This document shows positions 1-10,947 of a stretch of 64,000 bases of DNA, piece by piece. This DNA comes from Blepharisma stoltei ATCC 30299. Lineage: Eukaryota > Protista > Ciliophora. The stretch spans positions 310,001-374,000 of the forward strand of contig CBFDEM010000013.1 of assembly GCA_965603825.1 (NCBI GenBank), given 5' to 3'. Position numbers and translations under genes: made by a program. Below the pieces are notes generated by a model that saw only the letters and a program-made list of their open reading frames with translations, ran no database searches and was not told the origin of the DNA. Numbering within the stretch: the first letter of the stretch is position 1; each line of letters opens with the position of its first letter.

Positions 1-57
1 TTATAGCCTATTTGTAATGAAAAATTAAAGTCGATTAAGTTAAATAAATTATTGGAT

Positions 58-1488
58 CTAGGAATTTAATAAAGCCTCAGCATCAGCTTCTTTAGATTTC
101 ATATAGCATCGGACAAGCACTGGAAACATCAAAACTTTTAGCACAAAATCGAAAAAGCCCATAACAAAAGAAAACCGCTTCGCATTAATTGCAGGATCAC
201 TGTGCATTTCAAACACAAGAAACTCCGAATCACATGCTATTCATAAAACATCAAATAAAATCATAATAGCAAGCATTATTAGCCCTAATCGATACCTTTT
301 AGTATCCCATCCTTTCACCAACCCCATAAATGCCCAGCAGGCCCAAGTCACATTTCCAAAATCTGGCTTATCAAATGACGTACAAACTCCTAAAAGCGCC
401 ACCATCAGTATCCCTACCGTTAAAATTGTATCCCAATTTCCAACTTCCTAACTATGTTTTACCTTAAAATGTTGGTCTGTAAATGCATGGACTTCATGGA
501 CAATTTTGCTTTCAAGGCGATCGACCCAGCTTTCTTTATGAAACATCCCAAGGGGATTTGTACCAAGCTTTCTTAGCTCAGTTTCAACTCTGTCTTTTTC
601 AGCGACATCTTGTACAATATCGTTGTCCATTCCTGAAATAATTCCTTCTAGATACTCTGTTTGTCGGTGGATTCATTGGATTGCAAGCATTATTCTTGCA
701 TTTGAGACTCTTCCTGTCAGTTGGTACCATCCTTCATGCTTAGCTTGGTCCCTAAAATCTTGCAAAGGGATAGAGCAAGTTCCTAATAAGTCATCTTTTG
801 AGACTGTTCCTTTGTTGAAAACTTGGACTAGGAGCTCGCCAGTTCCCATCGTTATTTTAAAGCTAAAAGTTTCGTCCCAATTAGGATTTTTATCAGATGG
901 TATCGGTTTCGTTGCGATTTGTTGTCTTTCACATATAAGATTGACATAAGCAGTTGGCCTTCCAGTGACCACATTTAAATTTTGTGCTTCAATAACTCTC
1001 ACAGTAAAGGTACTTCCTTCCATGATTCCATAGGTATTCATCCTTTCAACTTTTTTCGCTTCTTCTAACTGCTCTCTCAATGTAGCTAATTCTTTATTTT
1101 TCGCTAAAATAGTTTGGTTATACCTTGCAATGGCTTCTGAAAGGCCGTTGACTTGCTCAAGATACCCATTAATAAATTCATCAATGCTAACTCCTCCGTC
1201 TTTGTTTACATCCATTGATTCAAAAATAGTTTTCACGTAATTTTCGTCAACTTCATCATTGATTCCTCTTAAAAAATTCAAAATTTCTTCAAATGAGATA
1301 GCTCCACTTTGATCTGCGTCAATTTCTTTGAAAGCTCTACGAAGTTCAAGCTGGCGCTCATGAGAAATTCTGGGATCTAAAGCAAACCTGGTGTTTACTT
1401 GAAAAGGAGAAGCTTTAATCTTTTGGTCTACAGATGCCAGCGCCCATTTCGCAAGATTTAGAGGATTCTTAGCTACCTCTTGTTCCAT
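58..1488 (-). CDS. EF-hand + C2 domain protein with C-terminal multi-pass membrane region (~471 aa, one 15-nt intron)
   Basis: EF loops DADQSGAISFEE and DVNKDGGVSIDE; C2 domain (VRVIEAQNL...NPNWDETFSF...DDLLG). TGA 673-675 read as W joins ORF 448..630 in frame. Removing intron 448-462 continues into hydrophobic helices (TGA 241-243) and ends at TAG 58-60. Confidence 0.85.
448..462 (-). other. 15-nt spliceosomal intron GTAAAACATAGTTAG
   Basis: GT..AG, 15 nt, A at position 10; removal deletes an in-frame TAG and restores about 130 further codons. Confidence 0.9.
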
Positions 1489-1516
1489 TTATATGAAAAA
1501 GAATATTTTAAATAAT

Positions 1517-3130
1517 TTATTGAGAGGTCAAGCTTTTAACTAAGGAGATGGACTCAGAAGATAAAATTTCTAAAAAATTCAAAAATCTTTGTCTTAGAAA
1601 AGCGTCCTTTAGAATTTTGCTGAATTCTTCTTGCTTTAGTCCTTTTAGGGATTCTAAATTATGTGTGAATGCTTTTAAATCTCCTTTTTCAAGGGCAGAC
1701 TCAGCTTCTTGTAGAAGAAGCAAATTACCTTTACGATCAGTTTCTTCTTTATTTGAACGGGTAAAGAGATAAGTAAAGCTTGTCGACAGATAACTTCATC
1801 AATTATCAGACTTTAAAGGGGTATTTTTTTTATTGTTATTAGCAAACTCCTTGAATACTTTAAGCAATTGGCTCATAGTTGGGATGCCATGCTCAATTAT
1901 TTCTTTATAGTCATCCTCAATAGATGCTAATACTGAGTTAATTTTTTCATCTTCTTTTGCAAGATCTTTAAGAGCAGCAAGATCATAATTCAAAGTCTCT
2001 TGACCGCTATTGACTTTTCTTTGAAGATTTTCTATATGAATATGCAGCTCATGAACTTGGTTTAATTTGCTTATAATATTATAATGCCGCTTTTGGCTTG
2101 ATTCCATATCATTAATCTTTCCTAATATTTCATCCAATTGCTTTAATCGCTCTTCTGTGATTTTTTCGAATTTTTTATTTATTTCCCGAATTTCTTGTTC
2201 ATGTTTTTCAATTAATTCTAAAGTAGCTTGCTGAATAATATAAGATTCATTAATTTTTGCTTGTTTCCAAAAATGCGTTTCAGCATCAGTAACTTCTTTT
2301 TCTATCCTTTCTTCTCAACTATGATCTCTTTGCTCAAGTGCCATTTTCATCTCTTCTTCATGCTTTTTAATGACTTCTTTAAGCTTTTCTTTATAGCTTC
2401 GTTTAATCTCTTTTGATTTCTCGAAAAAAATATTAAAATTTCTTAACTCTTTTTCTTCATGGTCCTTTTCCAGATCCTGTTTAAGTTTTTGCAGATACTC
2501 TTCGATACTGCTTGAGATCATTTTATGAATAACTTCGCTATTTAGATTTTCTGATTTTTGTAAATCTTTCTCTAGTTCTGCAAAGGAGTGTGCTTTTTCT
2601 TGATTTCCATTCGCAATAAATAAATTCGATTGATTTTCATGACTTTCTTCTTTGGCTTCTGAAATCTTAACAAGATTTTCAGCTTTCACTATGGTAGCTT
2701 TTTCGATTTTATCATTTTTATTTTGGTCATTCTTACTATTATCAAAAGAAACTTCTTTATTTGTGTCATTTTCTGCATCAATTGCTACAGAATTAGATTT
2801 TTTATCATTTATGTCAATTGAAAGCTTTGAGCAGTTTAGGTTTTCACAAATAAAATCCATAAATCTTTGCTTATCATTTATTCCTGGAATTTGATTAAAA
2901 ACGAATTCTTCAATATTTGTGTGGTGTGTTTCCTCAAAATCTGGATCTTTTATATACTCAAGAGGTGGCTGCTGTAACTCATTATTTTGATTTTTATTTT
3001 CTCTTTCAAAAAAAAGTCCATAAATGCCACTGATTCCAGCAAAAGCAAGGGTATAAATAGCTCTCTTTCCCCCACTAGCTCCCAATAATACAATCGGCGA
3101 TGAAAACTGTCTTCGAGTGCCTCGCCACAT
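1517..3130 (-). CDS. Mitofilin/Mic60-like MICOS subunit (~537 aa)
   Basis: Arg-rich N-terminal presequence-like segment, one TM helix, long coiled coil, and a C-terminal mitofilin-like pattern (WWSYLSTSFTYLF...LLQEAESALEKGDLKAFTHNLESLKG). Joined through TGA at 2315-2317, 1799-1801 and 1796-1798. Confidence 0.65.
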
Positions 3131-3159
3131 CTATTGTTTAAAATTTTATTTATTTAAGA

Positions 3160-4176
3160 TTAAACGATGTCATATAAAAGCTCATTTGAGGAGAGTTCTA
3201 AAGGTTTCAACTGAACTTTTGGCTCTTCTTCTGGTACTTTTTCTGTCTTAACAGCTGTGTCTTCTATTATTATGTTTCCTGTTATAATAAGTTTCCTAGT
3301 TTGACAATCAAATTCAGCATTCAAAGAATTCATGTCCATAATAAATGGCATTCATAAGTTAATTGCATAAAATCGGCCAACTTGGAGGGAAATTCTTTCT
3401 GGGCTTGCTTTAAGGTCAATTGCTTTGCCTGTCACTAATAAGTCTAAAGAAAATTTCAGCTCAAATGTTTTGGCTGTTTTTAAAGTTTCAGGATCAATAT
3501 TATTTCCATCAACTTTAAGTTCCCACTCAGGAGATTTTACTGATTCTATTGGAGTCTCAAAAACTTCCTTATCTAAAACTTCGATTTTTGGCTGTTTTTT
3601 ACCTCTAATCCTCTGTTGCTGAACTGTAGCTCCTTTATATTTCAGTCTCATATATCTGAACTCTATATAGATATTACTCAAAGATAGCTCCTGCTTATGT
3701 TTTTGGGCTATATGAGATGCACATAATTCCATCAGCAGCTGCCTCGTCTGTGCGTCATCTTGTGCTTTCTGCAGAACTGTAGGGTTAACAATAACATCAT
3801 AAACTCTGCAAATGCCTCCCTCTAATTATTGTTTACTTTTATCAAAATCAGATTTTGGATTTCCTAAAGATAAAGGGACTCTTAAGCCTATATGATCATC
3901 AATATTAGGAATTTCTTCCTCTTGTGGAGGATCTATAAGTTCATGTGAACAAATATTTAGAAAAACTTTTTCATTTGTTTTGGAGTCCACAGTTTTAATT
4001 GCGAATCCTTTTTTTGGGGTCACAATAATTCCTCCTTCTTCATCCATTTGGCCTTCAGGCTTTCTTTGATTGCTTTGATAAGCATTAATGAACTGTCTAA
4101 GTTGTTCATCAGAGATATTGCTACCCATTTCGGCGAATTCTTTGGATTCTTTTAGTTTGCTTAAAAGTTCCTCCAT
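3160..4176 (-). CDS. PIH1-domain protein (PIH1D1/Kintoun-like R2TP or dynein-assembly co-chaperone, ~333 aa)
   Basis: PKKGFAIKT...KVFLNICSH...RVPLSLG...DKKGGICRVYDVIVNP...RLKYKG motifs; intron 3822-3836; TGA=W at 3352-3354. Confidence 0.85.
3822..3836 (-). other. 15-nt spliceosomal intron GTAAACAATAATTAG
   Basis: Removal deletes an in-frame TAA and restores the PIH1 motif DKKGGxCxVYDV. Confidence 0.92.
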
Positions 4177-4473
4177 AATTTAATAAATTTTATTACAATT
4201 TTCTGAATTCCTATAGGTTTTACAAATATTAGGATTTATTTTTCCCATAGAATTTCCGATCATATGAAAATATTTAAAATAATGCCGAAAAATGCATTTT
4301 TTGGTATATCAAATTCTGGTTTCTATAAGAAAAAAAAATCTATTGATTTAAAAATGTCTACTGCATCAGCTCTAAACTGTCAGCAGACAATAAAAATGTT
4401 CAATAACATTGAATAAAAGAACAGAAAACTATTTTTCCTATGCTGTCATAAGTAAAATAATATTTTAATTTAA

Positions 4474-5553
4474 ATGGAGTTACGAGTCGGTGGCAAGTAT
4501 AGAGTTGGAAGAAAAATCGGAAGTGGGTCATTTGGAGAAATTTATTTAGGCACAAACATCCAAACTAATGAAGAAGTTGCAATTAAGCTTGAAAATGTCC
4601 GATCGAAGCATCCGCAACTATTGTACGAGTCACGGCTATACCGAATTCTTCAAGGTGGTGCAGGCATTCCTAACATCCATTGGTATGGGGTAGAAGGAGA
4701 CTACAATGTGCTCGTCATGGATCTGTTAGGTCCTTCTTTAGAAGATCTCCTACAGTTCTGTGGGAGGACTTTTAGCTTAAAGACAGTTCTGATGCTAGCA
4801 GACCAATTGATTACAAGAATCGAATATATGCATTCTAAGAATTTCCTTCACAGAGATGTAAAGCCTGACAACTTTCTAATTGGGTTAGGAAGAAAAGCAA
4901 GCCAGGTCTACGCGATTGATTTCGGACTTGCGAAAAAATACAGAGACCCTAAGACAAATCAGCACATTCCCTACAGAGAAGGGAAAAATCTGACAGGAAC
5001 AGCCCGCTATGCTTCTATAAACACACATCTTGGTATTGAGCAATCTCGCAGAGATGATTTAGAAGGCCTGGCATATGTCCTTTTATACTTTTTAAGGGGC
5101 TCATTACCTTGGCAAGGACTACCAGGAAACAATAAGAAAGAAAAATACCAAAATATCATGGAAAAGAAAATGACGACTTCAGTGGAAACTTTATGTGCCA
5201 GTTTTCCAAGTGAATTTTGTACTTATTTGAATTTCTGTAAAGCACTGAGGTTTGAAGACAGGCCAGACTACAGCTATCTTAAGCGGCTGTTTAAAGATTT
5301 GGCATTCAGAGAGAATTTTCAGTATGATTTTGTTTTCGATTGGTGCGCGCTAAGACAGCAGCCTGAAGTGGAAGTGCCGCAGGTCCAGCCTGCACAAGCA
5401 CAGATTGCAGCTCAACAAAGAGAAAAGATTAATCATCAAGAAAGCCCAATGCAAGAAGAAACAAAGCAGCCCCGAAATGTTATAAAGCCACCCCAAAAAG
5501 CAACACAGCCTGGACCAAAAATTATGGCCTTCGCTCAAAGACCAGTGAGATAG
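4474..5553 (+). CDS. CK1: Casein kinase 1 (delta/epsilon-like)
   Basis: [41 protein letters not shown] and EQSRRDDLE motifs; ends TAG. Confidence 0.97.
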   Translation: MELRVGGKYRVGRKIGSGSFGEIYLGTNIQTNEEVAIKLENVRSKHPQLLYESRLYRILQGGAGIPNIHWYGVEGDYNVLVMDLLGPSLEDLLQFCGRTFSLKTVLMLADQLITRIEYMHSKNFLHRDVKPDNFLIGLGRKASQVYAIDFGLAKKYRDPKTNQHIPYREGKNLTGTARYASINTHLGIEQSRRDDLEGLAYVLLYFLRGSLPWQGLPGNNKKEKYQNIMEKKMTTSVETLCASFPSEFCTYLNFCKALRFEDRPDYSYLKRLFKDLAFRENFQYDFVFDWCALRQQPEVEVPQVQPAQAQIAAQQREKINHQESPMQEETKQPRNVIKPPQKATQPGPKIMAFAQRPVR

Positions 5554-5607
5554 TTTAATAGATTATGATAATTTGAATTTTAAATAGGCTGAAATCATGT
5601 ATTTTAA

Positions 5608-6534
5608 ATGATTGATGATGTCTACTTAAAATTCCCTGTAGAATTTGTGCAATTTCTGAATGAAAATCAGGTGGATCCTGCAGTTTTTATGCAGAATGAC
5701 CTGCCGAGGTTTGTGAGAGTCAATCCAAAAAACCCAGCTGATAAAGCTCAATTTTTACAAGAATTGCAGCAGTTAAACCCAGAGGTCCAATGCAGCGTAG
5801 AAGATTTAGGCTGAATCAAAGATTTTTGGGCGGTATCTGGAGAAGCAAAAATAGTAAATACACCTAGCTATATTCAAGGGAAAATTTATGGAATGGATGC
5901 AAGCTCTGCAATACCAGTTTTATCATTAAAATTAAAGCCTGACATATCTGTATTAGATATGTGCTGTGCCCCTGGAGCCAAGCTCCTTTATTTAAATGAC
6001 CTTCTTGATGAGTCTTCATCTATATCTGGTATTGATATAAGCCAAGACAGACTTAAAGTTACAAGATCTCTATTAAAAAAATATAACGCAAGAAATGAAA
6101 TCCAATTGATTTGCCATGATGCTTTGACATGGGACACGGATTTGCAATTCGATAGAATATTAGTCGATGCTGAGTGCACACATGAAGGATCAATTAAGCA
6201 TATGAAAAAGTTTACAAGACAATGGGGCTGGGAGACTTTTAAGAAGAGAGTTATGGATACACATGTAGAGCTTGAACGACTGCAAAGAGGGCTGCTAAAT
6301 AAAGGATGTGACTTGCTTAAGCCAGGAGGGAGAATTGTTTATAGCACTTGCTCGTTTTGTAGATGCGAAAATGAAGATATTGTGGATTTTGTTGTGAATA
6401 GCAGAAATGATATGACTGTTAAAGTTGTGGAAGGAGAATTTCCGTGTAAGAGAGATAGAAGTTTTATGAAATTTGATCCTCTAATATCGAGAACTGGAGG
6501 ACAATTTGTAGCTGTTTTAAAGAAAGCGAAATAA
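5608..6534 (+). CDS. NOL1/NOP2/Sun (RsmB/NSUN) RNA m5C methyltransferase (~308 aa)
   Basis: MDASS, VLDMCCAPGAK, FDRILVDAECT and GGRIVYSTCS motifs; ORFs 5608 and 5893 join through TGA 5812-5814. Confidence 0.9.
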
Positions 6535-6557
6535 TACAAAATTTAGGAGTTGATTAT

Positions 6558-7898
6558 TTATTTTTTTAATTCTGCAAGTTTAAAAAATGCTGACATCTTC
6601 CTTCTAAATATTAGTTTCCCTACTTTAGAATGAAAAATCCTAAACGCTGTTTTTTGATTCAAAGATGGCTCTGGCAATTTTTTTCTTGTAGAAATCGAAT
6701 TCTCTTCTATTTTTGCATGAAGTGCTGGTCCTTCGAAGTCAAACGTCCCTTCTAATATCGAGTCTAAATTAATTCTGCTAGATTGAAACTCTTCTCGACT
6801 AAATTCAAAAGAGAGTGATTGATCTAAAATTCTTTCGTTTTTAATAAATATTCTAGAATATAAAGGCTTTAAATGCTTTTTCATTAATATAGATAATTTC
6901 TCAAGCCCTTTAGATGCTTCATGATAAACTGGAGATCCAGTCAAAACTTCAATCGATCCTTTTGGGTCAATATTTGTAATTATATTTTTATATCTTGGAG
7001 GCTTTTTGATAGCAGAAATATTTAGCTTCGGTATAACTGTTTTGTTTTTTCCGATATTGGTATCATTTATTTTCGAATTTGTTTCAGAATAAAGAAACTG
7101 GTCAAAACATTCAAATGATATATCATCTTTATATTTTTGTGAATTATATGCATGGCTGTTTTCATAGTCTGATAAATCGTCAGAGTACATTGAATGCTTT
7201 TCACTGAAATTTTTCTGGATTTCACTTAAATCTGGCAACTCAGAAATATTTTTCTTGTGATAAGTTGGAGTTTTATTAAGGTTAACTTTTACTGGTGAAT
7301 CAATATCATGAGAAATTGAGCTTTTAGAATATCTGTATTCAGTTGGTGCATAAGATAGAGACAATTCTTTTTCTTCTTGCGTTGGCTGCACAGTTGTATA
7401 TACTGCATTAGTTTTAGATGGTAAAATCATTTTGATTTTATCTAAAAATCTTGGTGATAATTTTTCCTTCGTTGATGTGGTAAGTAAGGTTAAGCCAACA
7501 TAATTGCATCTAGGACAGATTGTTGCTGCAAATGGCAAATCATTTGATCTTTTGTCAAGAATCCGTAAAGAATCTCTTAGCCTGCGGGCTTTCATCTTTT
7601 CAAAAATATAAAGGAAGAGCTTTACATCTGAAGCTGAATTTTTTGGTTTTTTCCAAAATGAGCTGTATTTATCGTAGAGGCTTGTCTCTTTGAATTCGCA
7701 AGTCCTGTTATGCTTATTTGTCCCTAAATTCTCTATCTTCTTTTGCAGAAATGGGCTAAGAGTATCGATTTTGTCTTTGAATTTGTTTAAAAAGTTGCTA
7801 GGATTGGAAGAGTTGAAGTTTTTCAGTAAATTTCGAGCTCTTTCTGATAGTGGTCTTACTCTTCGAATGTCAGTCTTGGAAATTGCTTTTTCACTCAT
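6558..7898 (-). CDS. Hypothetical protein (446 aa, Lys/Ser-rich)
   Basis: Long ATG..TAA ORF filling the space between genes; no domain recognised. Confidence 0.75.
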   Translation of the reverse strand: MSEKAISKTDIRRVRPLSERARNLLKNFNSSNPSNFLNKFKDKIDTLSPFLQKKIENLGTNKHNRTCEFKETSLYDKYSSFWKKPKNSASDVKLFLYIFEKMKARRLRDSLRILDKRSNDLPFAATICPRCNYVGLTLLTTSTKEKLSPRFLDKIKMILPSKTNAVYTTVQPTQEEKELSLSYAPTEYRYSKSSISHDIDSPVKVNLNKTPTYHKKNISELPDLSEIQKNFSEKHSMYSDDLSDYENSHAYNSQKYKDDISFECFDQFLYSETNSKINDTNIGKNKTVIPKLNISAIKKPPRYKNIITNIDPKGSIEVLTGSPVYHEASKGLEKLSILMKKHLKPLYSRIFIKNERILDQSLSFEFSREEFQSSRINLDSILEGTFDFEGPALHAKIEENSISTRKKLPEPSLNQKTAFRIFHSKVGKLIFRRKMSAFFKLAELKK

Positions 7899-8165
7899 AT
7901 TTTAAAATTTTTAAAATGAATTTTCTAATTAATATATCTGAAGTTTTTGCGTTGTAAATATGGTAATAGCGACCTACTTACTGAATTTGACTAATTGATT
8001 AAAGTTCTGTGTATTTTACCTTCGGAGCCACCTTTATTTTTAATAAAATAGTAAGAAAGTAATAATAAATTAAGACTGAAGTGTTTTTCATGGAATATAA
8101 TTCTTTAATATATTAGGGTTTGGGACATATTAATTTTTCAAATTAATAAAACAAAAATAAGATCA

Positions 8166-9266
8166 ATGAATTTTGAGTCTACCTTAACTCAATGACTAGT
8201 AAACCTATCAGAAGATGATCCAATAATGACAGCACAATGTATAAATTCTATCAATTACACTTGCACAGCTTTACTTAATAGTCATATTTCTGATAATATA
8301 AAAGTTTTTGGAATCAACATACTAAGCTTAATCCAACAGAATCCAGGCAATCCTTTGATTAGAATAAAGCTAATAAGCTTTATAGCAACGATGATGGATT
8401 TTTATTTCGTAAACTCTTTTCCTTTAATGGCCAACCAATTTGAAGAATTTTTAGAAATTAATAGATGCAACAAGATCAGTAAGAATTTAATGGAGATTAG
8501 AACTGGTGACAGTTCAAATAACGAAAATCAGCGAGTTTCTTCTGACTATGTAAGTAGGTCAACCAATGAGCAACTCGCAATTATTAAAGAAGTCAGGCTA
8601 GAAGATGGCGAAACTTCTGCTTTAACGCTTTATCAACTCTCCTGTCCAGATAAAAGACGCTCAGAAGGTTTGGAAAAATCATATACTTATAAATTTGATG
8701 GCGACTGGCCAGTACGAATCGGATGTGAAAAATCAGGTTTTCGAACACATATACCAATCAGATGCTCAAGCCAAATCATTCTTGATAAGTTTCATGACCA
8801 TATAATTGCTTATGAAACGAGTACAAACGATCCAGGAATGAAAATACAAGTATTTACTGAAAATTTAGAAGAAGGACAAATTTATTCATTTGGAGAAACT
8901 AAAATGAAGGTCGAAGAGATTGATTCGGTCGGGAATTTGCACTTAAGTTTTGAGCTGAGCAATGAAATTGTATATAGAGTCATTGATGGATGCGAAAATG
9001 GAGAAATCCTGATAGGAAGGACCAGAATCAACAAATTACGATTCGCTAACGATGCAAAAATGTCGAAGGAGCATGCAGGAATTATAAGAGAAGGCAAGAG
9101 GTGAGTCATAAAAGACAAAAACTCAAGAAATGGAGTGTGAAGGTATCTTCATACTTTAAAAACAACTGGGGCTGGTGAAGATTCGATGCGATGCCCTATA
9201 ATGAATGACACAAAGTTCAATTTTTGCGAAGTAATTTTCCAATGTAAAATAAAAATCTCCCCTTAG
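8166..9266 (+). CDS. FHA-domain protein (~366 aa)
   Basis: ILIGR...MSKEHA...W(TGA 9102)VIKDKNSRNGVW(TGA 9138) completes an FHA signature; upstream in-frame ATG at 8166 reached through TGA 8193; stop TAG 9264-9266. Confidence 0.8.
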
Positions 9267-9592
9267 AGGTCATCTAATTTAAACTAAACCCGTGCATTAT
9301 CATGCGTATTGAGAGTGAAGTTTTAATTTTTGGATTGGAGTTTTGACCTGAAAATATCATTCAAATGCTTTTTGAGCTAAATATTCCTTTGCAAAAAGAA
9401 TTTATTAAAGATAAAGATTATTGATCACCTCAAAACAATTTGAAAGGATTTATTCAAAATGGGCTCTCTCATAAAATGTAGCAAATTTCCATGAAAAAAA
9501 TTATGAACGGAATTTTTATTTTGAAAATGGTTAATTGCTATAATGTCATCAAAATAAATTTAATCTGATTTTAAAATATACAAGAACCTAAA

Positions 9593-10657
9593 TTACTGTA
9601 TTGAGCAAGTGCATGGATTGGAGCTAAGTGGTGCTTGCAGTTGTCTATCTAAAAAAGAATATTGCTTTAGTTCATTCTGCAACGCCAATATCATCTTCTT
9701 TTTGGTTTTTATTTCACTCTTTAATTTGAGCGACTGAACACAAGGAGTTATCGATGTTGCTGTTGATCTGTGTGAATTAAGCTTAGATGATGATTTTGAT
9801 GATATATTTTTCGTCAAAGTTGCAATTTGTTCATCTTTTATAGTCAAATTTTCGACCAGCTCATCAAGATTATTTTTTAATATGTGGCTTTGGATTCCAC
9901 AGATTTCAATTTTTTCAGTTAAATTATGATATCCATCATCTGCTTCACTTTCTTGATAGCTTGAAGCTTCATAATCAACACTTTTTCTCACTATTTCTGA
10001 CGATAGTTCACCGTTTTTAGCTTCCTGCCTTGACCTAACAGAGTCTATTAGTTTTTTTATTTTCCTAATCGATTTTTCTTTGTCGTTTTTTACTTCACTA
10101 AGCGATGTTGCTTTTGCTTTTAATTCTTTTATCTCTTTTTTAAGTTTAATTATTTCATTCTCCAGGCTGCTAATTTTGAGTTGCTTTTCTTCATTAGCTG
10201 ACATATTGCGCAGCTCAAGAAAAGATATTTTTGATAATAAGTCAGAGATCTTTTTATTCTCTTCATTTATCGCAGATTGTTCTTGCTTTATTTTCTTGTT
10301 AAGTTTATTTATTGCTGATTTTACTTTGGCGATTTTCACTGTAAATGGCATGCTTACATTGCTCTGGATGAATTTTCCTTGGCAATTGTCACAAAGCCGG
10401 GACATGGATTTTGTCTGGCTGTTATAAGTTTTTTGCATAGAGCATTTATGACAAACCGCTTTATAGCAGAATGTGCAACATTTCTTTCTGTTAGGACCCA
10501 ATAAGCTAAAGAGACATCCGCAAATGCTGCATAATTTATCATTTAGATATAGTAGCTTGTCTTCTTCATGCTCTTGCTCAGTCAGGATTAATGACCTGCT
10601 TCTAGTTCTTAAATGTTGGATTTTTAGTGATTTTACATCAGAAAAACTTCTATCCAT
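9593..10657 (-). CDS. FYVE-like zinc finger + coiled-coil protein with C-terminal CaaX-like end (CSIQ)
   Basis: CSICGCLFSLL..RKKCCTFCYKAVCHKCS...RLCDNC followed by heptad-rich region. Confidence 0.8.
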   Translation of the reverse strand: MDRSFSDVKSLKIQHLRTRSRSLILTEQEHEEDKLLYLNDKLCSICGCLFSLLGPNRKKCCTFCYKAVCHKCSMQKTYNSQTKSMSRLCDNCQGKFIQSNVSMPFTVKIAKVKSAINKLNKKIKQEQSAINEENKKISDLLSKISFLELRNMSANEEKQLKISSLENEIIKLKKEIKELKAKATSLSEVKNDKEKSIRKIKKLIDSVRSRQEAKNGELSSEIVRKSVDYEASSYQESEADDGYHNLTEKIEICGIQSHILKNNLDELVENLTIKDEQIATLTKNISSKSSSKLNSHRSTATSITPCVQSLKLKSEIKTKKKMILALQNELKQYSFLDRQLQAPLSSNPCTCSIQ

Positions 10658-10947
10658 GTATTTTATTAAATTATTTTAAAATTCTTTTTCTTAATGGGAA
10701 TTTTATATGAAAGCTTTTCTCACTGTTTTGGATTTATTTTTCGATTAAAATTTCAGTATATTGCATATAAAGCGTCTCCGTTCCATTAAAACATCTTAAA
10801 TAAAATAAAAAAATCTGGAAAATTGCTTCTGCTAAAAATACTCCAATATGTTCTTATTGAAAAACTCTCATATTCAAAATAATAAGTCTATTCAATTCTA
10901 AAGTTTCAATTATTAACCTCATAAGACCTTTTGCAATTAAAAAATAA

